A DNA stretch of 64,000 nt from Candidatus Omnitrophota bacterium (GCA_043815185.1 JBDRJF010000024.1:64533-128532), one strand, 5' to 3'; shown: positions 8,134 to 16,828, numbered from the stretch's first letter. Numbers and translations: made by a program. The notes: a model not told the origin generated them from the letters alone.

Positions 8134-10518
8134 TTAACTTATTTTTTTAGCTACTCGAACAGCTTCTACGCTATCGCCAGCATATTCAGCGCCTAAGGAA
8201 CGAGCATAAGCTCGAGTTACTACTGCTCCGCCGACTACAAATTTACAATTTAACCTTTGTTTTTTGACCTTGTCAACAACTTCTTTCATATTAATCATTG
8301 TGGTAATCATCAGCGAAGAAAGCCCCACTATCGATGATTTATGACACTTGATCGCCTTAATAATCCTCTCCGCAGAGACATCTTTTCCTAAATCAACGAC
8401 CTTAAAACCATGGTTTTTCAACATCAGAGCTACAATATTCTTACCAATATCATGGATATCCCCTTTTACTGTAGCTAAAATAATCACGGTTCTTTTGCCC
8501 TTCTGCGGCTGCTTACCTTTTAGATAAGGTTTAAGCTGCCCAAAGGCTATCCGCATCGTTTCAGCACTGGCGATAAGCTGAGGTAGAAAATATTCCTTTT
8601 TGTCAAATAAATCTCCGACTTTATTAATCGCTGGTATCATTAGCTGAGAAATAAGTGTCTCGGCAACCAGGCCTGAAACAATAGCCTCTTCAATAAACCC
8701 CTTAATATCTTCCCGATTGCCTTCGATAATGGCTTGGGAAATTTTTTGTTCTGGCGAAAGAAAAGTTGACCTCTTTGGCTTTTGGCCGGAAGTCTTGCTA
8801 AAATGTGTTAAAAAGGCCTGAGCATCTTTATCCTTATTCAGTAAAAGATTCTCGGCCGGTTTAGAAAATCTAAGCTTGAGTTGCGAAGGATTGGCAATAG
8901 CTAAATTCAAGCCTTTATCTTTAGCTATAGCAAGAAAAGTAGCGTTAATCAATGGACGCCGAGGCAGGCCAAAAGAAATATTAGAAAGACCGATAAGGCT
9001 ATTGGACTTAAAACTACCTGAAGACCAGGATATTGTCTTTAAAGTCTCCAGGGCTGCCGTGGGTTTTGATGAGATAGCCAAAACCATTGCATCGATGATA
9101 ATATCCTGCTTAGAAAAACCAAAGGCTTCTGCCTGCTTAAAGATATATTTAATAATCTCCCTTCGTTCAGGAAAGGTTTCCGGTATATCCTTCCCCTTAA
9201 GGGGAAGGATGATAAACATAGCTCCATATTTAGCAGCCAGAGATAGCATTTTATTTAACTTATTCTTTTCACCGGTTATAGAGTTAATTAAAGCCCGGCC
9301 GGGATAAATCCGTAAAGCCGCTTCTACTGCTTCGACCTTTGAAGAATCAATAACTAAAGGAAGCCTAGAACTAACTGCCAGCATATTGATAACCTTCTTA
9401 AGTGTTTTAACTTCATCAATACCGCCTACCCCCACGTTAACATCCAAAAGAGAAGCTCCTGAGGCTTCCTGCTCTTTTGCCAGGTGACGAATCAATGAAG
9501 TCTTCCCTTGGCCTAATTCTTTCTGGAGAATCTTCTTGCCGGTAGGATTAATTCCTTCTCCGATAACAACCAAAGGCTTAGCCCTCTTGAAAATAACACT
9601 TCCTCTGACCGAACTTACCGCACTGAGGGATTTATTTGAGGAAAGAAGCGGTTTTAAACCGGCGACTTTCTTTTTTAAGCTCTCGATATGCTCTGGTCTG
9701 GTACCACAGCATCCACCAAGCATATTTGCTCCGGCTAAAACTAATTTTTTAGCAAAAGAAGCAAATTCTTTGGGGCCCATGTCAAAAGAGGTCTTACCCT
9801 TTACCAATCTAGGCATGCCAGCATTAGGTTTTGCGATCAGCGGGACTTTTGCGTAGGGTTTAATTGTTTTAATAAACTTCAAGATATGTTGAGGCCCAAC
9901 AGAACAATTGTAACCGAAAGCATCGGCACCGAGGCTTTGTAAGGTGATTAAGGCAGCCAAGGGGTCAGTTCCATTGAGCGTCCGTCCATCTAACTCATAG
10001 GTCATAGTCACCATGGTGAATTTATTAGTAATTTCTTTTACGGCTATAAGTGCTGCCCGGGCCTCCTGAATATCCATCATAGTCTCAATAACAAAAAGAT
10101 CTACCCCTCCGGAAAGTAAACCCTTTACTTGTTCTTTAAAAATTTCAACCGCTTGTTCAAATTTGAGCGGGCCAAAGGGTTCGACAAACTCACCAGTAGG
10201 GCCGATATCACCGGCTACCAGGGTCTTACCTTTAGCGGCTTTTTTAGCTACGAGAGCAAGCTCTTTATTTACTCTGCCAACATTATAATTACCGTAAGGC
10301 TTGAGCTTGAGGCGGTTAGCGCCAAAGGTAGAGGTATAAATTATATCGGCTCCAGCCTTACAATAATCAGCATGAACTGCTGAAAGAATCTGAGGATTCT
10401 TAAGACAGAAGTCTTCCGGACAAGCGCCGCCGGGCATACCTTGTTTCTGCAGCTCGGTTCCAGTAGCACCATCAAGAACTAAAACTTTATTTTTTAAGAG
10501 GTTACTTATCTTTTTCAC
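8134..10518 (-). CDS. metH: cobalamin-dependent methionine synthase core (Hcy-, pterin- and B12-binding domains, no activation domain)
   Basis: 794 aa. GGCCGT zinc site in the Hcy domain, a central pterin-binding region, and a C-terminal DxHxxG (GDIHDIGK) B12 motif. The protein ends after the B12 domain. Confidence 0.9.
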   Translation of the reverse strand: MKKISNLLKNKVLVLDGATGTELQKQGMPGGACPEDFCLKNPQILSAVHADYCKAGADIIYTSTFGANRLKLKPYGNYNVGRVNKELALVAKKAAKGKTLVAGDIGPTGEFVEPFGPLKFEQAVEIFKEQVKGLLSGGVDLFVIETMMDIQEARAALIAVKEITNKFTMVTMTYELDGRTLNGTDPLAALITLQSLGADAFGYNCSVGPQHILKFIKTIKPYAKVPLIAKPNAGMPRLVKGKTSFDMGPKEFASFAKKLVLAGANMLGGCCGTRPEHIESLKKKVAGLKPLLSSNKSLSAVSSVRGSVIFKRAKPLVVIGEGINPTGKKILQKELGQGKTSLIRHLAKEQEASGASLLDVNVGVGGIDEVKTLKKVINMLAVSSRLPLVIDSSKVEAVEAALRIYPGRALINSITGEKNKLNKMLSLAAKYGAMFIILPLKGKDIPETFPERREIIKYIFKQAEAFGFSKQDIIIDAMVLAISSKPTAALETLKTISWSSGSFKSNSLIGLSNISFGLPRRPLINATFLAIAKDKGLNLAIANPSQLKLRFSKPAENLLLNKDKDAQAFLTHFSKTSGQKPKRSTFLSPEQKISQAIIEGNREDIKGFIEEAIVSGLVAETLISQLMIPAINKVGDLFDKKEYFLPQLIASAETMRIAFGQLKPYLKGKQPQKGKRTVIILATVKGDIHDIGKNIVALMLKNHGFKVVDLGKDVSAERIIKAIKCHKSSIVGLSSLMITTMINMKEVVDKVKKQRLNCKFVVGGAVVTRAYARSLGAEYAGDSVEAVRVAKKIS

Positions 10519-11122
10519 TTCTGGCCTCGCCTGGTTCCTTTAATCTAATTCCAGCAACTGCCGTGACTGTTTTTTCGGGAATAAGTAGATAATTATCGCT
10601 TAAGCTAACTCCCAGCTGTTTTAAATCTAAAAGGTCATAGATAATTTTCTGATTCTCCAATAAAAAATCACCATATCCGGCAGAAAAACGCCGGGCAGTA
10701 AATTGTTTATTTTCGCGGGTAAGCTGGTGATTAAAATAATTCATAATCCAGTTAAGAGCACCATCGGCCATTTCACTGGCTACAGCATCAAAGACCACTG
10801 CTCTAGTCACATCTTTACCGCTGGAGTCTTGGGAAATACTATCAACTATTTTGTTGCCGGCGGTAGCTGCCATAAGCATGGCCTCCTGACAACCGGTTAA
10901 TAACTCGGATAAAGACTTACTTTCAAAAGGTAAGTCTTTTTTTGGCATAATCGCCCCGGCACCCTTTAGTTCAATAAGAGTTAAAGCTTCTTCGATGTAA
11001 TGCGCAAGCTCCTGCCTCTGTTTGCCTTCAAGTTTAGTAACTCCCTTGGCATAACCAAGCCGGCTATATATCCGATCTCTGGGAAGTAAAAGGTTTATCG
11101 GGTCAAAGAATTTTACCTTCAT
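10502..11122 (-). CDS. stand-alone methionine synthase activation (AdoMet-binding) domain protein
   Basis: RRFSAGYGDF motif. The start is reset to the ATG at 11122 (MKVKFFDP) because the tracked 29-codon TTG extension is a tRNA. Confidence 0.75.
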   Translation of the reverse strand: MKVKFFDPINLLLPRDRIYSRLGYAKGVTKLEGKQRQELAHYIEEALTLIELKGAGAIMPKKDLPFESKSLSELLTGCQEAMLMAATAGNKIVDSISQDSSGKDVTRAVVFDAVASEMADGALNWIMNYFNHQLTRENKQFTARRFSAGYGDFLLENQKIIYDLLDLKQLGVSLSDNYLLIPEKTVTAVAGIRLKEPGEARSEKDK

Positions 11123-11136
11123 ACCTAAAAATTTAA

Positions 11137-11208
11137 TTGCCCCGTCTGGACTCGAACCAGAAATAGCTGATCCAGAATCAGCCGTGTTACCGATTACACC
11201 ACGGGGCA
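11137..11208 (-). tRNA. tRNA-Gln (anticodon CUG)
   Basis: Full cloverleaf. Acceptor TGCCCCG/CGGGGCA; D stem GTGT/ACAC; anticodon stem GCTGA/TCAGC with loop TTCTGGA; T stem TCTGG/CCAGA with loop TTCGAGT; discriminator A; no encoded CCA. Confidence 0.9.
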
Positions 11209-11218
11209 AGTTCCTATT

Positions 11219-11247
11219 ATTGTAGTATTTTCAATAGATTCTGACAA
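11219..11247 (-). promoter_or_regulatory. sigma-70-like promoter upstream of tRNA-Gln
   Basis: On the minus strand: TTGTCA (11247..11242), 17 nt, TACAAT (11224..11219). The tRNA 5' end lies about 10 nt downstream. Confidence 0.5.
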
Positions 11248-11312
11248 GGGCAATTTTACTTTCCTTACACCCATCAGCATTTGTGGCTATAATAGCATTG
11301 AATATTATAAAT

Positions 11313-11996
11313 TTATTTGCTATCCCTTACCGTTGCGTTAGCCAAACGATGCAATTCAGAGTTTGCTAAAGCCAGGACTTTCTTCTTAACTACCCTAGAA
11401 AAATACTCTCTTTCTGTTTTACTCATCTTCTCGCCTCTAAATTTCTTTAAAAAAAGTTCTTTTTGCCTAGGTGTGAAAAGTTGCGACATCGCATATTCCA
11501 AGGATAAATTGTCTCTCCTGACTCTTAAATCCTTAACACCTAACTCATCTTTTTTAAAATAATTATTAAAAACATGTTTCATTCTTTCTAAATTTAGTCT
11601 TCGTTCAGACACTACAACATCTTGGTTCTTTTTAAAATATTCGAGAAAAGAATTAAGCATTTCCTTATCTGAGTCTAAAAATACCGATTGTCTGAGAAGC
11701 TTATCCGCCCAGCCAAATTTTAGATGTAAATATTTATAAAAAGCAAGCGACACCAAAACAAGGCCTTTAAACAAAAGACTATAAAAGTTACTTTCTAACA
11801 TTCTAGTAACTTCCTTATAACTAAATTCATTTCTTTTACTAGCATTAGCTAACAAAAGAGGAAAACTCTCCCATAAACGGACATTTTTACTCCTTACTGT
11901 ATCAGAAAGCACTTTGTTTACGTCAAGATACATTTCTGTCTGAAACAAAGGGAGCCCTAAACGAGACAACCGTTCTAATAACTCTTTATCTTCCAT
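11313..11996 (-). CDS. hypothetical protein, partner of the NTase (possible C-terminal HTH)
   Basis: 227 aa. Own SD GAAGGAAGGA. Overlaps the upstream gene by 11 nt. C-terminal FTPRQKELFLKKF...VKKKVLALAN resembles a sigma-70 region-4/LuxR HTH. I recognise no family. Confidence 0.6.
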   Translation of the reverse strand: MEDKELLERLSRLGLPLFQTEMYLDVNKVLSDTVRSKNVRLWESFPLLLANASKRNEFSYKEVTRMLESNFYSLLFKGLVLVSLAFYKYLHLKFGWADKLLRQSVFLDSDKEMLNSFLEYFKKNQDVVVSERRLNLERMKHVFNNYFKKDELGVKDLRVRRDNLSLEYAMSQLFTPRQKELFLKKFRGEKMSKTEREYFSRVVKKKVLALANSELHRLANATVRDSK

Positions 11997-12573
11997 ATAT
12001 TCCTTCCTTCATCACTAATCGTAGAAATGAATCTAGATTTTTATTCACCTTATCTTGTGCAATTTCATACCAAGAAGTTTCTAAAAAACGCTCTTTGAGC
12101 ACTTCTAAATTAATATCTTTTCTCTTGAATTTAACCAAACCTAAACAATCCTCAAAATCAACCCCTGTGCCCCTAAATAGTTTACTTATGATGATGTCAT
12201 AGTAGTTTAATATTCCAACATAAATATAAGTAAATTCTTTAAGTAATATATTGTTGCCTTTTTCAAGAGGAGATTCTAATAACTTTGTTGTGTGTACTTT
12301 ATCGCCTCTAAATAAATCAAACGTATACTCTTCCTCCCTGCTCCAACCTACACCACTGGTGTTTCTGTATCCTAGATTTTTTAAAATATTGATTAAGTAA
12401 TCATATTCTTTCTCGATAGGAATAACAAAATCAATATCCTTAGTGGAATCTTTTACTCCTATTAAAGTTAATGCTGTTCCCCCACAAGCTATTAGATGAA
12501 CTTTTCTCTTTAAGAAACCATTCCACATACTCATATTTCCTAACAACCCTTCTTTATCTAATCTATATTCCAT
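11986..12573 (-). CDS. Pol-beta superfamily nucleotidyltransferase, AbiEii-like
   Basis: 195 aa with G-G-x13-D-x-D (ACGGTALTLIGVKDSTKDIDFVIP), spelled like AbiEii/DUF1814-type NTases. Confidence 0.6.
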   Translation of the reverse strand: MEYRLDKEGLLGNMSMWNGFLKRKVHLIACGGTALTLIGVKDSTKDIDFVIPIEKEYDYLINILKNLGYRNTSGVGWSREEEYTFDLFRGDKVHTTKLLESPLEKGNNILLKEFTYIYVGILNYYDIIISKLFRGTGVDFEDCLGLVKFKRKDINLEVLKERFLETSWYEIAQDKVNKNLDSFLRLVMKEGIYGR

Positions 12574-12591
12574 AAGACAATTTGTACATAT

Positions 12592-12632
12592 ATATACAAT
12601 AGATTGTATATTTTAATACAATTTATTGTATT
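12592..12632. promoter_or_regulatory. two perfect palindromic operator-like sites in the NTase leader
   Basis: ATATACAAT-AG-ATTGTATAT (12592..12611) and AATACAAT-TT-ATTGTATT (12615..12632), with extra ATTGTA/TGTACA half sites nearby. Confidence 0.6.
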
Positions 12633-12647
12633 ATCTCGTACAATTCA

Positions 12648-12676
12648 AATATACAATATATATATAGATTTGTCAA
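12648..12676 (-). promoter_or_regulatory. sigma-70-like promoter of the NTase pair
   Basis: On the minus strand: TTGACA (12676..12671), 17 nt, TATATT (12653..12648). Confidence 0.5.
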
Positions 12677-12699
12677 GCCTATTTATTCTCTGGATTTTA

Positions 12700-12856
12700 G
12701 GGGACGGTTCTCGTTGCTCTATCCTTTACTCGCACAACAAGTTATAAACGCAGTATTATAAGTCTTTTTAATTAAGGAAATAAGGCATAAGGGATAATAA
12801 TTGTCTGTTCATAATTAATTGGTGTGTAAGGGGTTACAGGCAAGAGAACCGTCCCC
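12700..12856. mobile_element. MITE-like element, repeat family R1 copy 1 (intact)
   Basis: 157 bp with no ORF. 13-bp perfect terminal inverted repeats GGGGACGGTTCTC / GAGAACCGTCCCC (17 of 18 if extended). Flanked by a direct TTA on both sides (12697..12699 and 12857..12859). Confidence 0.7.
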
Positions 12857-12990
12857 TTAAACATCATTAAGACCTTAGCCAATAAATAATTTCAGACTAA
12901 GAATTTGAATCGAATCGGGATACATCCTATTTGAATTTCTCTTACCAGGCTTAGCTTTTTTAAGTGGGATGTGTCCTGAAATAACTGATT

Positions 12991-13164
12991 CTACCAGTAA
13001 TTCTCCCGGAACCACTCATCGGCCTTGTTGACTGCCTGCCAGGTATTATAAGCATCATCCGCTAAGCCTTTGCCGATTCCTAATACGCCATTTTTTACTG
13101 TCTGGCACCCGGTTATGCTAATAAAAAACACAAGAGACAATAACCCTAAAATCACCTTAGACAT
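12991..13164 (-). CDS. small lipoprotein (57 aa), below the ORF-track cutoff
   Basis: MSKVILGLLSLVFFISITGCQTVKNG...: signal peptide plus lipobox I-T-G-C. Its ATG overlaps the gltX stop (AATGTCTAA). Confidence 0.55.
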   Translation of the reverse strand: MSKVILGLLSLVFFISITGCQTVKNGVLGIGKGLADDAYNTWQAVNKADEWFRENYW

Positions 13165-14455
13165 TAGGCCCTCCTTGTTTCCAGTAACTAATCAATTTAT
13201 TTAATCTCTGAGAAACTCTATCTTTACCTAAAACTTCCATTGTTTCAAACAACCCCGGGCCGACTCTTCTCCCGGTTAAGGCAACACGAGTAGGGTGGAC
13301 TAAATCCCGCAGCTTCAATCCTAGATCCCCGATTATAGCCCGAAAATCACGCTCAATCTCAATATGATTAAAATCCTTAATTGAATTTAATTTATCAATC
13401 AAAGTTTTAACTGCTTCTGATAAATCCTTTTTGAGAATATCTTTTGTATCCTGGCTATAAGTAAAATCATCCTGGAAGCAAAATTTAGCCCAGTCGCTTA
13501 AATCAGCCAGTTTGGTAATCCTTCCCTTAAAAAGGCCGACTACCTTTTCCAAATATTTCCGGTCCACCTCAGAAGAAAAAAAGTTTTTGGTAGCTAAATA
13601 ATCTTGAATAATATCAGTAAGTTCTTTTATGTCCAGGTTATTCAGGTATTCGGTATTTACCCAATTCAGCTTATCAATAGAGAATACTGCTCCGGTCTTA
13701 TTAACATTTTTTATTTCAAAGATATCTTTAGCCGCAGCTAGAGAAATTATTTCCCGGTTATCTCCGGGCGACCAACCTAAAAGTAAAAGGTAATTAGCAA
13801 TCGCCGGGGACAAATAGCCTAGCGCTTTATATTCACCTATCGAAGTAGCTCCGAAGCGCTTAGAAAGCCTTCCTCCCCCGGGAGCGAGAATTAAAGGCAA
13901 ATGGGCAAACTCCGGCAGCTTAAACCCCAGGGCCTGATAGATCAGAATCTGCTTGGGGGTATTAGATATATGGTCTTCACCTCTTACTACGCAGCTTATT
14001 TGAGTTAAGGCATCATCGATACAACAGCTAAAATTATAGGTCGGCGAATTATCACTCTTTATAATTACTTCTTCACTTTTGGGCAGCTCGGTAAAAACAA
14101 TCTTGCCGCGGATTAAGTCGTTTATCTCCACCCGCTCAAAATCATACTTAAAGAATATCGCCCCCTCTTTATGGTAAGCTTTACCTTCCTGGACTAACCT
14201 TTTTGCATATTTCTGATAGAGTTCAAAACGCTGAGATTGATAGTAAATTTCATCCCAATTCATACCCAGCCACTTTATACTTGCTAGTATCTCCTCCAAA
14301 TATTCCTTTTTCGAACGTTCCAGGTCAGTATCCTCGATTCTTAAGATGAACTTACCTCCCAGATGTTTGGCATAAAGCCAATTGAACATGCAGGTACGCG
14401 CACCGCCGATATGCAAATACCCGGTAGGAGAAGGTGCAAATCTGACTCTTAACAT
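13157..14455 (-). CDS. gltX: glutamyl-tRNA synthetase
   Basis: 432 aa with class I motifs HIGG (PSPTGYLHIGGAR) and KMSKS-like RLSKR. Confidence 0.9.
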   Translation of the reverse strand: MLRVRFAPSPTGYLHIGGARTCMFNWLYAKHLGGKFILRIEDTDLERSKKEYLEEILASIKWLGMNWDEIYYQSQRFELYQKYAKRLVQEGKAYHKEGAIFFKYDFERVEINDLIRGKIVFTELPKSEEVIIKSDNSPTYNFSCCIDDALTQISCVVRGEDHISNTPKQILIYQALGFKLPEFAHLPLILAPGGGRLSKRFGATSIGEYKALGYLSPAIANYLLLLGWSPGDNREIISLAAAKDIFEIKNVNKTGAVFSIDKLNWVNTEYLNNLDIKELTDIIQDYLATKNFFSSEVDRKYLEKVVGLFKGRITKLADLSDWAKFCFQDDFTYSQDTKDILKKDLSEAVKTLIDKLNSIKDFNHIEIERDFRAIIGDLGLKLRDLVHPTRVALTGRRVGPGLFETMEVLGKDRVSQRLNKLISYWKQGGPNV

Positions 14456-15015
14456 TTACCACCTCTTTTTTCACGAGGCACCAGGGTTTGTCCCTTATCT
14501 AAAGCCTTTAAGTTCTGAACTAATATATCTTTGCGTTTGAATATTGATGCTATTATTTCAATCAAAGTCTTCTTATTGAAAAGATTTGGCATCAAAACAG
14601 TCAGCACACCTAAAACAACCACATTTGCTACCTTGATGTTACCGCAATCAAGAGCTATTTTAGTGAAAGGCAGGCTAACTTCTTTAGTATTACCAAGAGA
14701 AGGGTTACCGCTGATAAGATCAGAATTAACAATAACCAGCCTGGCTCGTTTAAGTTTCTGCTTAAACTTATCTAAAGAAGGCTGATTAAAAATTATGGCT
14801 ATATCCGGATAGTCGATAAAAGGCGAAGCGATTGGTGAATTAGAAATCTTTACAAAACAATGGGCAGTCCCTCCCCGCATTTCAGCGCCATAAGAAGGAA
14901 ACCAGGTTGTATGTTTTCCTGCACTTAAAGCTGCTCTTGCTAGGACTTTGCCTAAGCTCAACAGACCCTGGCCACCAAAGCCGGAAATTAAAATCTCTGT
15001 TTGGCCCTTCATCAC
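14449..15015 (-). CDS. 2-oxoacid:ferredoxin oxidoreductase gamma subunit
   Basis: 188 aa with the N-terminal GFGGQG motif; last gene of a delta-alpha-beta-gamma set with overlapping junctions. Confidence 0.85.
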   Translation of the reverse strand: MMKGQTEILISGFGGQGLLSLGKVLARAALSAGKHTTWFPSYGAEMRGGTAHCFVKISNSPIASPFIDYPDIAIIFNQPSLDKFKQKLKRARLVIVNSDLISGNPSLGNTKEVSLPFTKIALDCGNIKVANVVVLGVLTVLMPNLFNKKTLIEIIASIFKRKDILVQNLKALDKGQTLVPREKRGGKC

Positions 15016-15749
15016 TTATCTTTTATTACCCCTAATGGAAATTCTTTTACCATTTCGTCATCAATCCACTTTACTGCCTCAGGCGGCGTCTTTTTCCAAA
15101 TAGTAGGACAAGGGCTTAAGACTTCTACCAGGGAAAAACCCTTTTTCTCTATTTGATTAATAAATGCCCTCTTGATATATTGATAAGTTTGCCTAACCCC
15201 TTGAGGTTTACTTATTGAGCTACGAACAAGATAATTTACGCCTTCCAGAGGCGCTAACAACTCACTTACCTTCAAAGGCCAACCTTCACCAAAATCGGGA
15301 TTTCGGCCCCAAGGGGTAGTGGTTGTCTTCTGCCCAATGATGGTAGTAGGGGCCATTTGTCCACCAGTCATGCCATAGCAGGCATTATTTACAAAAATAC
15401 AGGTCAAGTTTTCTCCTCTATTGGCAGTATGCAAGGTTTCCGCAATACCAATAGAAGCGAGATCCCCATCACCTTGATAGGTAAATACTACTGAGTTAGG
15501 CAAGCACCTTTTCATTCCGGTAGCAACAGCTAAAGCCCGGCCATGGGCAGCTTCAGAAACATCAAAATCCCAGTAATCATAAGCTAAAACTGCACAGCCA
15601 ACCGGAGCAACCCCAATTGTCTTCTCTCTTAAATCCAACTCATCTATGGCTTGGGCAACTAAACGATGCAAAATTCCGTGTCCGCAGCCAGAACAATAGT
15701 GGGTGGCCAAATCACGCAGTGATTTAGGGGGACAAAATTTCTTTTTCAT
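15012..15749 (-). CDS. 2-oxoacid:ferredoxin oxidoreductase beta (TPP-binding) subunit
   Basis: 245 aa with an N-terminal Cys cluster (CSGCGHG) and GDGD TPP-binding block. Confidence 0.85.
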   Translation of the reverse strand: MKKKFCPPKSLRDLATHYCSGCGHGILHRLVAQAIDELDLREKTIGVAPVGCAVLAYDYWDFDVSEAAHGRALAVATGMKRCLPNSVVFTYQGDGDLASIGIAETLHTANRGENLTCIFVNNACYGMTGGQMAPTTIIGQKTTTTPWGRNPDFGEGWPLKVSELLAPLEGVNYLVRSSISKPQGVRQTYQYIKRAFINQIEKKGFSLVEVLSPCPTIWKKTPPEAVKWIDDEMVKEFPLGVIKDK

Positions 15750-16828
15750 AAGTTCTTCTTTATCAGCCCTACAATCTCCTTAACCTGAGGTATTCCTCCC
15801 CCGGTTTTGCCGAAAAAACAAACTTCTTTACCGGGTAAGGCTAACCGCACATCTTCAACCATCTGGCCTAAGGATTGTTCTACTACTAATATTTTTTTTA
15901 CTCCCTGGGAAAAGCTCTTCAAGCCCTTCTCGGGATAAGGCCAAAGCGTTATTGGCCGAAACAAACCGGCTTTTATATTTTGTTTCCTTAAAATATCCAC
16001 TGCATCAAAAGTAATTCTGGCCTGAGACCCGTAAGAAACAATTAAATATTCAGCTCCTTTAGCCTTGTGGGCAGAAAATCTTTGTTCTGCTCTTCTTATC
16101 TTATCCCATTTTTCGCCTAATTTCCGATTATGCTCCTGGAGCACGCCATCTTTTAAGAGTAAAGACATTATAGCCCTGGCCGGTCTTTTTCCGGCTCCGC
16201 TTAAAACCCACTTCTTGGGAGGGAGTTTTTTCTTAAATTCGTTACGGAAAGACAAATTTACCGGTTCCATCATCTGACCGATTATTGCATCAGCCAAAAC
16301 TAAGACCGGGTTACGGTAGTAATCAGCTAAATCAAAAGCTAACTTAATTAACCCTACGGCTTCCTCTACACTCCAGGGAGCCAATACTGGTGTATAATAA
16401 TCACCGTGCCCGCCGCCGCGGGTAGCCTGAAAATAATCACTTTGGCTGGAAGAAATATTCCCCAGGCCCGGGCCTCCCCGCATTACATTGATTATAACTG
16501 CCGGGAGTTGGCAACCAGCTAAGTAAGAAATGCCCTCTTGTTTTAAAGAAATTCCCGGGCTGGAAGAAGAGGTCATGGCTCTGGCTCCGGTAGCGGCCGC
16601 TCCAAAGACCATATTAATAGCTGCCAGTTCACTCTCGGCCTGAATAAATGGCCGCTGCTCTTCCCGCATCCTCTTAGCCATATAAGCTGTTAACTCATTC
16701 TGAGGAGTTATCGGGTATCCGGCATAAAAATTACAACCAGCTAAAATAGCAGCTTCAGCCATAGCCTCATTTCCACTCATTAATACTTTCTGAAACTTTG
16801 GTTTTATCATATTATTCCTTACCCTCAC
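15746..16828 (-). CDS. 2-oxoacid:ferredoxin oxidoreductase alpha subunit
   Basis: 360 aa. The N-terminal pattern GNEAMAEAAILAGCNFYAGYPITP is typical of POR/KOR alpha subunits. Confidence 0.85.
   Translation of the reverse strand: MRVRNNMIKPKFQKVLMSGNEAMAEAAILAGCNFYAGYPITPQNELTAYMAKRMREEQRPFIQAESELAAINMVFGAAATGARAMTSSSSPGISLKQEGISYLAGCQLPAVIINVMRGGPGLGNISSSQSDYFQATRGGGHGDYYTPVLAPWSVEEAVGLIKLAFDLADYYRNPVLVLADAIIGQMMEPVNLSFRNEFKKKLPPKKWVLSGAGKRPARAIMSLLLKDGVLQEHNRKLGEKWDKIRRAEQRFSAHKAKGAEYLIVSYGSQARITFDAVDILRKQNIKAGLFRPITLWPYPEKGLKSFSQGVKKILVVEQSLGQMVEDVRLALPGKEVCFFGKTGGGIPQVKEIVGLIKKNL

Noticed and set aside
11123-11209. 29-codon N-terminal extension (TTG start) of ORF 10502..11209.
   Set aside because: The region folds into a complete tRNA-Gln cloverleaf. 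The activation-domain protein starts sensibly at the ATG at 11122.
11123-11312. Looked for a cobalamin or SAM riboswitch in front of the methionine-synthase operon.
   Set aside because: The space is occupied by the tRNA and its promoter. I saw no B12-box-like or SAM-I-like conserved cores.
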